From: a virus
Reading direction: 5' to 3' (one strand)
Virus record (IMG/VR): IMGVR_UViG_3300047471_000616
Coordinates: 32,021 to 96,020 of that record
DNA length: 64,000 bases
In this document: positions 54,607 through 63,600 of the stretch, piece after piece
Position numbering within the stretch: position 1 is the first letter of the stretch
Layout of the letters: each line of letters opens with the position of its first letter
Position numbers and translations under genes: made by a program
Notes under the pieces: generated by a model
What the model saw: the letters and a program-made list of their open reading frames with translations, nothing else
The model's database searches: none
What the model was told of the DNA's origin: nothing

Positions 54607-56327
54607 TGATTTGCTACCTTCAGTTCGTCTTGTTTCGTTTCGTGGCCGCAGTAGCGCCACCACATGGATCTGTAAGCATCTTCAACTTCCCCAACATAAT
54701 CACCGCACAGCGGGGATTTAAGGAACTGATCGCGCAATTCACTGCGGGCCTTGCTCAGTTCTGTACGTTCGGCTGCCAATTTGACCGCCTTGTTCACGTA
54801 ATCGTCTATTGACTTGGCAACCCAATTATCCCGTCCCATGATGTGCAGTGCCGTGGCAGTGGTCCTGCCACCTACCTGGCCATTGTAAAGGGTGATCACC
54901 GGGACACCCATGTAGAGGATTTCCAGGGCGGTGACACCGCCAGTATGCGGGAAGGTATCAAGCACCAGGTCGACGTTCTGGTAGATCAGAAACTGCTCGG
55001 GGTGAGAGCAATCCTGCATGAACAGGATGCGCTTAGGGTCAACATCGTGCATTACTTCGCGGATGCGCTTGATAGCGTAAGGCCGACGCATCCCCAGATC
55101 TTTGACTATCAACCGGCTGTTTGGCGTGCGCAGGAGTATCTTGTGCCACGCTTCTAGCGACTGTGGGCTGTATTTCTCAAACCGGCCAAAGACCCCAAAG
55201 GTGAAAATGCCATCCCGGCCTACTGGCGGGTGGCTGGCGCTGGGCTGATTGTAGTTCGGCGGTTCGTAGGCCACCACACAGGAAATATCCCATATTTTCT
55301 CAGCGAAGAACTTGCGCTCTTCTTCAGGAATTGAATAGGGATCAGCAAAGAAGTAATCAATCTCAGGGCAGCCGCTGCCATGAGCAAAGCCCCAAGCATG
55401 GATCTGAACCGGTGCCGGTTTACGGGTGAAAAGTGGCAGACGATTGCCCCCAGTATGACCAGATAAATCAACCAGAATATCAATGCCGTCAGCCCTGATC
55501 ATGGCCTCAGCTTCTTCATCATTCTTAGCTGAAATATCACGCCAGTTGGTCTTTTCCATAAACCGCTTGGTCTGAGAATCATCAGTACTTGCTGGCATCG
55601 TCATGTAGCAGTAAGGATCATAAGCATTGCGCTCATGGTACAGGATCACCTTGCCAAAGATGAAGGCTGCCGAATGCATCTTGAAGTCACCGCCGACGTA
55701 GCCTATGCGCAGCTTGCGGTCCGGTACGCGGTCATTGGCGTGCGGTTTCTTCTCACCTTTATAGGCAAACCGCTCATACCACACCTGCCGCGCCTTGTAG
55801 TTTTCTTCCGGCGTGGTATTCTTCAGCGTGCGGACAAAAACGCTGTTGAATCCCACCATTTCCCTTGTTGAATAAGGTGGCTCGAACGGCTTGGCTATGG
55901 CCGCCTCATAAGCCTCACAAGCCTCTGCTGCCTTCGCGCAGGCAGTAAGGATCATGCCCTTGGCGCAAAATGCATCGGCACTCTCAACAAGATTGATGGA
56001 CCGGTTGATGGCTTTCAGCGCCTCGTCAGGCCGTTCTACCTCAAGCAAGGCCAATGAATAATTGTACCAAGTTGTTGAATTCTTATCGTCGAACAGTAGC
56101 GACCGCTCAAGCCGCTGAATGGCCGCCAGAAACTGACCTTGCTGCGCCGCCATGACCCCGTGGTTGGCAGTAATCGGCCCATTGTTTGGGTCGATACGCA
56201 AGCCTTTGAAGTAGGCTTGTTCGGCCTCAGCAAAGCGGCCTGCTACATGATGCTGCAGGCCAATATCTAGCCACTCCTCAGCCATTGAGGAGCCAATACG
56301 CGGAAGCAAGTGGAACGGCTGTGGCAT
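54603..56327 (-). CDS. TPR + GT41 (OGT/SPINDLY-family) protein glycosyltransferase
   Basis: N-terminal TPRs; LRIGYV.GDF..HS, DGIDILVDLSGHT..NRL, KPAPVQ, DLVLDTFP..G..T..E.L.MGVPVITL. Confidence 0.92.
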   Translation of the reverse strand: MPQPFHLLPRIGSSMAEEWLDIGLQHHVAGRFAEAEQAYFKGLRIDPNNGPITANHGVMAAQQGQFLAAIQRLERSLLFDDKNSTTWYNYSLALLEVERPDEALKAINRSINLVESADAFCAKGMILTACAKAAEACEAYEAAIAKPFEPPYSTREMVGFNSVFVRTLKNTTPEENYKARQVWYERFAYKGEKKPHANDRVPDRKLRIGYVGGDFKMHSAAFIFGKVILYHERNAYDPYCYMTMPASTDDSQTKRFMEKTNWRDISAKNDEEAEAMIRADGIDILVDLSGHTGGNRLPLFTRKPAPVQIHAWGFAHGSGCPEIDYFFADPYSIPEEERKFFAEKIWDISCVVAYEPPNYNQPSASHPPVGRDGIFTFGVFGRFEKYSPQSLEAWHKILLRTPNSRLIVKDLGMRRPYAIKRIREVMHDVDPKRILFMQDCSHPEQFLIYQNVDLVLDTFPHTGGVTALEILYMGVPVITLYNGQVGGRTTATALHIMGRDNWVAKSIDDYVNKAVKLAAERTELSKARSELRDQFLKSPLCGDYVGEVEDAYRSMWWRYCGHETKQDELKVANQ

Positions 56328-56335
56328 ACTCTACC

Positions 56336-57196
56336 TCACTGAGCTGGTATTATCAGTTTTAGATTGCCAGTTGTTTTTAGCGGGATACTGAGCGTTTGTG
56401 CGGCGAAGGACATAGTTGCACTTGCACCTGTAGGGCCAAATGCCAAGTAGGTATTCAACCGAGTGTAGAAGCTAGTGATTTGGCCAGTCGTAAGCGAGGC
56501 CCCCATGCTGGCTACAGAAATAGTATTCGGAGTGCCAAATGCTTGGGTATTGGATAGGACGGTAAAATTTCCAGAAGGAACTGCGGCAGAGGTTCCGTTA
56601 GGATTAGAAAACAAAGAGCCGCTCTGATACAGTGCAGACGCAGCCGCCCCCGTTCTATTTGCTACCCAATGCCCTATTCTCGTACCCGGTACACCTTGAC
56701 CACCCGACTCAGGGCTGTCATTGATGCGGCAATAAGCATTCCCGTCGCCAAAAAACGTCATGAACAGATTGCTGTCACTTCCAGTCTTCGACCCGATACA
56801 ACATCCACCGTTTACTGTTGCAAGATTTGTCATCATCCAGACAGAGTAATGTGCATCGTTTTGCGTATATAGACTGCTGCCGGAACCAGAATAGCCGGTG
56901 TCAATGTAAGGACCTGTACCAACACTATCCAGTCCCGCATAGCCTGTGTCGACCGTAAATGATGGACTACCCGATACAGTCGTTTGCGCTGTCGCCAGAG
57001 TGTCGCCGACAAGATCAGTCAGGGCGCTTTGCGTGTTCTCGGCGGCAAAAAGCCATAGCCGTTCGAGTTTAGCCCAGACCCCATCTGCCTTCAGGCCAAC
57101 GATCAGGTTGTCGACCAGCGTCTGACGGCCAGCGCTGACGGTGCCGCCGTTGGCAATAACCGCATTCACCCAAGCAGTAGTCGCTGGATCGGGCAT
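56336..57196 (-). CDS. putative virion structural protein (beta-sandwich-like)
   Basis: W..AV...GGTVS......D.L...LK.DG.W.KL; YIDTG; G..LT...I..FY; Ser/Thr/Gly-rich. Confidence 0.6.
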   Translation of the reverse strand: MPDPATTAWVNAVIANGGTVSAGRQTLVDNLIVGLKADGVWAKLERLWLFAAENTQSALTDLVGDTLATAQTTVSGSPSFTVDTGYAGLDSVGTGPYIDTGYSGSGSSLYTQNDAHYSVWMMTNLATVNGGCCIGSKTGSDSNLFMTFFGDGNAYCRINDSPESGGQGVPGTRIGHWVANRTGAAASALYQSGSLFSNPNGTSAAVPSGNFTVLSNTQAFGTPNTISVASMGASLTTGQITSFYTRLNTYLAFGPTGASATMSFAAQTLSIPLKTTGNLKLIIPAQ

Positions 57197-58696
57197 CTAG
57201 CCTATCCGCCAGTTAGTGCCGTCGCACCACACTGGCACTGTGCTACCAGCACCACCAGTTCCGGCAACAATTGCTCCAATGTTGGTATTGTTCGTTACTG
57301 CAACCGTGCTATCGGTCACAAACATCCTAACGCCCTTGAAGCAGGAAGCGGGCGTCGGCAAGGCCGCGACAGTGTACGCCTGCGACGTGTTTATAATGTC
57401 GTACCCCAACAGCGTGCCAATGAACCCAGTCAGCAGGGCTGTCGCATTCGACATGAAGTTGTTTCGCACAGTCAAATACGAATTGCCGTCGCTGCGGAAC
57501 ACGCCGTCAACGGATACCCCCGGCCCATCCAGGAGCGTAGCCCCTGCACCGATGCTGTTGAGAAACAGCGGGTAGGCAGTAATGCTCGCGCCAAGAGCAC
57601 CCGCCGCCGTTCTGCTCAGCGTATAGGTGCCAGTCCCCCCGCTGCTTCCTGTCAACTGAACAACTACCGTTGCCCCCGGTGCCGTGCCGCCGCCCGATGG
57701 AAACGCAGTATTATCGTAAATGACCATTCCATTCCTGAGAGCCCCAGACCCAACGGCAGAAACCGTCAATGTAGTTCCAGAAATGGTCGCGGTGCCCGTA
57801 AACTTGGACGCAGCCTGGCCGCAGTTGATGGCATAAACCGAGCCATTGTTCTTGATGAACTGAAAACTTTCCGTTCTGGAACCCTGAATTATCATTGTGC
57901 TGCCAGAGACAACATCAACATCGCAATCATTACCATCGAACGCGGTATTGATGACGACCGGCGCGGTGGCGTTGTTGTTGGTCTTGATCCCTACGGCACA
58001 TGAGCCAATCGCGCCGCCGATCACCCGCATATTCAGTGAATTAGCCCCGGAGACAAACAGGCCGTATTGCTCATGCGGCCCCATGTTGCAATTCAAATAG
58101 GTGTTTTCCGAATTTGCGGCGCTAGCGGTCGACCCGTGTACCACCCCGTTGCTGGTGGTGCTGGTAGAGCAATTGACGATCAGATTGCTATGGGCGCTGG
58201 AGCCGCCATTGACGCCATCGGGGCCAAACCACAGGCAAGCCGTGTAGTGGTTGGTCGGGTCGGTCTTCCCCTCAAAGCTGATCCCGGAAATCTCACAGAA
58301 ATTGCAACCGTCGAGCCACAGAGCAGCTATGATGTTATCCGCAGTCGGTGGCGTGGTAATCTGGCCCTGGTAGTTTATGACCGACGAAAATTGCCCGTCG
58401 CCAAATATCCTGCCGCCCCACACCGCCGTCACCCGCAGTGACGAGTTGATCAGGTACGTCCCATGCGGGAAATAGACTGGGGTATTATTAGGGCCGCCAC
58501 CGTTGCCGTGAGGAGAGGCATTGGTGCCGAATGCAGCATCGAATGCCGCTTGAATCGCAGCGGCATCGTCCGCCACTCCGTTGCCGACAGCACCGTAGTC
58601 CTTGACGTTGATGACTTGTGCGGCGCGGTCGCCAAGGCTACGCGAAGTGGTCGAGCCGGTCGATTTATACAATGCCGTGGCAATATTTACGGTCAT
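57197..58696 (-). CDS. tailspike/depolymerase with pectate-lyase-like beta-helix
   Basis: INVKDYGAVGNGVADD.AAIQAA, YFPHGTY; C-terminal PVWCDGTNWRIG. Confidence 0.85.
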   Translation of the reverse strand: MTVNIATALYKSTGSTTSRSLGDRAAQVINVKDYGAVGNGVADDAAAIQAAFDAAFGTNASPHGNGGGPNNTPVYFPHGTYLINSSLRVTAVWGGRIFGDGQFSSVINYQGQITTPPTADNIIAALWLDGCNFCEISGISFEGKTDPTNHYTACLWFGPDGVNGGSSAHSNLIVNCSTSTTSNGVVHGSTASAANSENTYLNCNMGPHEQYGLFVSGANSLNMRVIGGAIGSCAVGIKTNNNATAPVVINTAFDGNDCDVDVVSGSTMIIQGSRTESFQFIKNNGSVYAINCGQAASKFTGTATISGTTLTVSAVGSGALRNGMVIYDNTAFPSGGGTAPGATVVVQLTGSSGGTGTYTLSRTAAGALGASITAYPLFLNSIGAGATLLDGPGVSVDGVFRSDGNSYLTVRNNFMSNATALLTGFIGTLLGYDIINTSQAYTVAALPTPASCFKGVRMFVTDSTVAVTNNTNIGAIVAGTGGAGSTVPVWCDGTNWRIG

Positions 58697-58827
58697 AGCC
58701 CAAGTACCCTTCCAGCATCGTCGACGAAGGAAGTGACGCCAGCGTTGTCAACGAAAACAGAGATATTTGCATCATCAACGAGATGCACCACTACCACTAC
58801 CGGCGGCGGTTTCGGCTTCTTACCCAT
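58693..58827 (-). CDS. 44-aa peptide, DD-repeat paralogue (not in ORF track)
   Basis: MGKKPKPPPVVVVVHLVDDANISVFVDNAGVTSFVDDAGRVLGL; coupled by TGATG and ATGA overlaps. Confidence 0.7.
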   Translation of the reverse strand: MGKKPKPPPVVVVVHLVDDANISVFVDNAGVTSFVDDAGRVLGL

Positions 58828-58991
58828 CACGGACCCAATCTCACGGTAACATTAACGATCACATTGCCGGTTATGGGCAAGATCATGCCAATGTTCCCCA
58901 GCCAATCCCCTATGTCGTCCAGGAAAAAGTTAAATCCACCGTCGTCAACAAAGACCAGCACGTTGCTATCATCTATAAGCTGTGCAGCCAT
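58827..58991 (-). CDS. 54-aa peptide, DD-repeat paralogue (not in ORF track)
   Basis: MAAQLIDDSNVLVFVDDGGFNFFLDDIGDWLGNIG...; SD AGGGG. Confidence 0.7.
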   Translation of the reverse strand: MAAQLIDDSNVLVFVDDGGFNFFLDDIGDWLGNIGMILPITGNVIVNVTVRLGP

Positions 58992-59000
58992 CGCCAGCCC

Positions 59001-59255
59001 CTACGGTGCGAACATCATGAACGGCAGTATGATAGGCTGCAACGCACCTGGGAAAAGAAACTGAGTAACTGTAGTTTTACCGCTACCGTGCTGTGAAAAT
59101 GCAGGGAAGGAATTGGTATAGCGCACCGTCGGTGTTGCACCTGTTCGCGGTTGTGGGGCACCAGGGTACCGGTAGTTCTGCACCGCAGTCTGGCCGCTGC
59201 CATGCTGCGGTAACGGCCCGCCGGGGAAGGCATTGGTGTAAGATAGCTGGGTCAT
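59001..59255 (-). CDS. 84-aa protein with internal duplication
   Basis: YTN[AS]FP...QHGSG[QK]T.V...[YF]PGA.QP occurs twice. Confidence 0.7.
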   Translation of the reverse strand: MTQLSYTNAFPGGPLPQHGSGQTAVQNYRYPGAPQPRTGATPTVRYTNSFPAFSQHGSGKTTVTQFLFPGALQPIILPFMMFAP

Positions 59256-60574
59256 TTCAACCTGTAATCTTCTGTGGATTGAGCAACGTATGGATCACTG
59301 GCCAAAACGGTGTCATTTGGCCCGGCACTGAGGTTGAGGTAGTTTGTCGTGTTGTTATAGAAGACATTCCAGTCAATATATTTCCTCAACCTTTCATTGG
59401 TTGTTGCCGTGCCAGTTTGCAGCTCTACCCCGTAGGTTGACGCTGTAGTATGATTGCTGATAATGTTATTGGCTACGACGAGGCCAGAACCCCCACCAGT
59501 CTCGTCAACAATGGCACTCCCGCCATTGCCATCAAAAATATTGTTGACAACAGAGACAAACCCAGTAAGGACATCAAGGCCCCGTTTCCCATTTTTGGCA
59601 ATAATGTTGTCGTGAATTTCATAATCGCCAGACGCAGCATTAACTATTACGGCAGAGCTGACGCAATCGTGAATGTTACACCACTGAACTGCCCCTGGCC
59701 CTGAACCTATGTAGACAACAGAATTTGCAACATTAGGTGTCCCTGCAGCTGATGAAAAAAACTCACAGCCAAGACATTGAACTGCACCATCACCGTTAAA
59801 ATAGATATCATCTCCAAGTTGGTCTATTACACATCCAATATAAACATTCGGGGCGGCATTTATGGTGTTCTGAAACATAACCTGACCAGCAGTCAAGGTA
59901 CCAGACACAACCCAAATACCCCGAAACTGTATACTGGCCATGGCCTTCATGAAGGCTGAAGTATTAATCTGAACAGTTGGCATACCACCAGTCGTATCTG
60001 GCGGGGCCTTGTATCCAGGCGTGGCCGGGTCATTGAGGAAATAGATGAAACCGTTAGTACTAAGGTTCCCGTTCACAATGCTGTTGCTTGAGGCTGCTGT
60101 GTAATCGTAGACATAAGACGCTGGATTTGGCACGGCCGTCCCAAGTATGTAAATTATGTTCCCAGGTACCAATGCAGCTGCCGTAGTCGTAGCGTTGGTC
60201 CAAAAATCACGCCAGGCACCACCCATCGCACCAGTCATTGCTGCACCTGCACCCGTGGTACAGGTACGGTCCAACGTCCAGGTGCTGGCAGCGGCGGCAG
60301 TGATGAAATACCATCCGGTGATAAAGTTCGTGCCGCCGGTAATGTTCACAACATTGGCAATATCAGCAGAGCTGCCGGTGACCCCCACCAAGGTGATGAT
60401 ATTGGTTATTCCTGCCGTCGTAGCGCGGACGGTAGTGCCATTGAAGGTGACAAATGCAGCATCCTGCTGTGAACGATCAGTCCCCGGCGTAGACAGACCA
60501 GCATCGTAGCCGCCACCATTGGTGTTGCTGCCGCCAGGACGGACGCGCCAAATAGCGGTTGGTTGGATAGTCAT
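59252..60574 (-). CDS. right-handed beta-helix (tailspike-like) protein
   Basis: N-terminal W.VR..GS..NGGG; Asn ladders NNIFDGN, NNIISN, DWNVFYNN; DP.......DYRL. Confidence 0.75.
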   Translation of the reverse strand: MTIQPTAIWRVRPGGSNTNGGGYDAGLSTPGTDRSQQDAAFVTFNGTTVRATTAGITNIITLVGVTGSSADIANVVNITGGTNFITGWYFITAAAASTWTLDRTCTTGAGAAMTGAMGGAWRDFWTNATTTAAALVPGNIIYILGTAVPNPASYVYDYTAASSNSIVNGNLSTNGFIYFLNDPATPGYKAPPDTTGGMPTVQINTSAFMKAMASIQFRGIWVVSGTLTAGQVMFQNTINAAPNVYIGCVIDQLGDDIYFNGDGAVQCLGCEFFSSAAGTPNVANSVVYIGSGPGAVQWCNIHDCVSSAVIVNAASGDYEIHDNIIAKNGKRGLDVLTGFVSVVNNIFDGNGGSAIVDETGGGSGLVVANNIISNHTTASTYGVELQTGTATTNERLRKYIDWNVFYNNTTNYLNLSAGPNDTVLASDPYVAQSTEDYRLK

Positions 60575-60583
60575 TAAATCAAC

Positions 60584-60661
60584 TCAGAGCATGTTATTGG
60601 GGCCAGTGGCCAAGACAACTAGCTGCTTGAGTTGGGCTGGGGTTGCCCCGGCAACGCTCAT
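60584..60661 (-). CDS. 25-aa micro-ORF
   Basis: SD AAGGAGA then ATG; MSVAGATPAQLKQLVVLATGPNNML*. Confidence 0.45.
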   Translation of the reverse strand: MSVAGATPAQLKQLVVLATGPNNML

Positions 60662-60673
60662 TGTGTGTTCTCC

Positions 60674-63600
60674 TTACGGGAAGAGATAGCCAACAATGGA
60701 AGCTGCGTTAAGGATAGACTTGGTAGTGGCACTGACCCCAAAGGCAATGGTTATGCCAGCAGCAATATCCTGAGCCAGGCCAATGATACCGCCAGAAACG
60801 ACGGCAGCATTGACGTTGATGAAAGCGTTGGCTGCAATCGGGGCCGCAGCCACGTTCGTTGGCTGAGCCGTAGAAACAAGCACGGCTATGGTATTGAACG
60901 TGGCCACTGCCGACGTACCGACAACAGCCTGAACAGAGTTGATGCGAAGAGTTTTACCCGCTGGGATGACCCAGGCAGTTGTCGCTGCCGCTGCCTGTGT
61001 TACGCCAGTATAGACCGTGAACAGAAGGGTTGTCAGTGCCGCAGGCGGGATAGTTGTCGTGACAACTATCACCACTTGAGTTCTGGCTACATCAAAGACA
61101 CTTATGTCTCCGGTACCGACCATCACCACCAAGCCTGTGGCATTGACGGAAGGCACCCCGGTCGTCATCACCACACTGCTGATAGCAACAGTTACTGTCT
61201 GTGTGGGTGCAAGCCAAACTAACTGTCCGGTAACAGCAGCCTGAGTAGTTGTCAGCACTATGCCAGAAGCACTGATGGTGCCACTGACCAGTACCGATCC
61301 TGAGATGCCAACCGAACCTGAGACACCCACCGATCCAGTGTTAGTTACCGTTACCGTACCGGTTATGGTCGTAGTGACTGTGGCGGTAACAGTGGCCGTC
61401 AGACTGATGGTTTGAGTTGGGGCCAGCCAGACTACTGCACCTGTCACAGCGGCCTGGGTAGTCGTGGCAACAGCGGTAGAAGCAGCAAGTGCTACAGAAA
61501 GCGTCTGAGTTGGAGCCAGCCAAACGATCTGGCCAGTAACTGCGGCTTGGGTAGTTGTGTTTACTACCCCAGACATAGTGATGGTGCCGCTGACTACTGC
61601 AGAAACTGATGCACCTTGCTGGATGGTTACGGAAACACCGCTACTGACGGTGACTGTACCACTGATAGCAGCAGATACTGTCTGCGTAGGTGCCAGCCAA
61701 ACCAGTTGTCCGGTTACCGCTGCCTGGGTGGTAGTATTTCCTATTCCTGATACAGATATTGTACCAGACACTACAGCAGAAACAGAAGCACCCTGCTGAA
61801 TAGTGACTGAAACACCACTACTGACAGTGACCGTACCACTGACAACTGCAGATACGGAAGCACCCTGCTGGATAGTGACGCTTACACCGCTAGATACTGT
61901 AACCGTACCACTGACAGCAGCAGTAATCGTCTGTGTCGGTGCCAGCCAAACTAGCTGTCCAGTAGCTGCTACCTGGGTGGTAGTATTTCCTATTCCTGAT
62001 ACAGATATTGTACCAGATACTACTGCAGATACTGAAGCTCCCTGCTGAATAGTAACTGAAACGCCACTGCTGACGGTAACGGTCCCGCTGACAACTGCAG
62101 AAACTGAGGCTCCCTGTTGAATTGTTACGCTGACACCACTGCTGACAGTAACGGTCCCGCTGATAGCTGCAGATACAGTTTGTGTTGGCGCAAACCAGAC
62201 TACCGCGCCTGTGACAGCAGCCTGAGTAGTCGTAGCTACTGCGGTAGTACCAATGTTGACTGACAGTGTCTGCGTAGGTGCCAGCCAGACTACCGCACCA
62301 GTAACCGCAGCCTGAGTTGTCGTCGCTACTGCTGTAGAAGCACCTATTGCTACAGTTAGAGTTTGAGTGGGGGCCAGCCAGACAAGGACGCCAGTGGCGT
62401 TCGCTTGAGTAGTGGTCATCACCGGTCCAGACAGGGAAACTGTACCGGTGCCTACTGTGACGGTCCCACTGACAACCGCAGAAACAGATGCACCCTGTTG
62501 AATAGTGACCGAGACGCCACTGCTAACAGTGACTGTCCCAGACACAACCGCAGAAACCGAAGCTCCTTGTTGAATTGTTACCGAAACACCGCTGCTGACG
62601 GTAACCGTACCGCTCACTGCAGCCGAAATAGTTTGCGTCGGGGCCAGCCAAACCAGCTGTCCAGTTACTGCAGCCTGAGTAGTGGTGTTTACTATCCCAG
62701 ATGCAGTTATGGTCCCAGATACTACAGCAGAAACTGAGGCCCCTTGTTGAATGGTTACAGAAACACCAGAACTGACGGTTACAGTACCAGACACTACAGC
62801 AGAGACAGAAGCACCCTGCTGGATGGTAACTGATACACCAGAACTGACGGTAACTGTTCCGCTAATAGCTGCAGATACTGTCTGTGTCGGTGCAAACCAG
62901 ACTACTGCACCAGTAACCGCAGCCTGAGTAGTTGTAGCTACTGCTGTAGAAGCACCAACCGCAACATTGAGGGTTTGTGTGGGGGCAAGCCAAACTAGAA
63001 TACCAGTGGCATTGACCTGTGTTGTGGTCATCACTGGGCCAGACAGAGATACCGTACCGGTACCTACCGTAACTGTCCCGGAAACTACAGCAGAAACAGA
63101 AGCTCCCTGTTGGATGGTGACTGAAACACCAGAACTGACGGTAACTGTCCCACTGACAACCGCAGAAACAGATGCGCCCTGTTGGATAGTGACTGAAACA
63201 CCACTACTGACGGTAACCGTACCACTGATAGCAGCAGATACTGTCTGCGTAGGAGCCAGCCAAACCAGCTGTCCAGTTCCAGCTGTCTGAGTGGTGGTAT
63301 TTACTATCCCAGATGCAGTTACAGTACCAGAAACTACAGCAGAAACAGAAGCACCCTGCTGGATGGTAACCGAAACACCAGAACTGACGGTAACGGTTCC
63401 ACTGACAGCTGCCGTCAGGGTCTGTGTTGGTGCCAGCCAAACTAGTGCACCAGTCGCAGCAGCCTGAGTGGTTGTGGCTACTGCCGTAGTAGAGGCCGCA
63501 CCACTGACAGAAACAGTACCTGAGATTACAATTGTGTTAGAAACACTGACGGTACCACTGATAGCAGCAGATACTGTCTGCGTAGGAGCCAGCCAGACTA

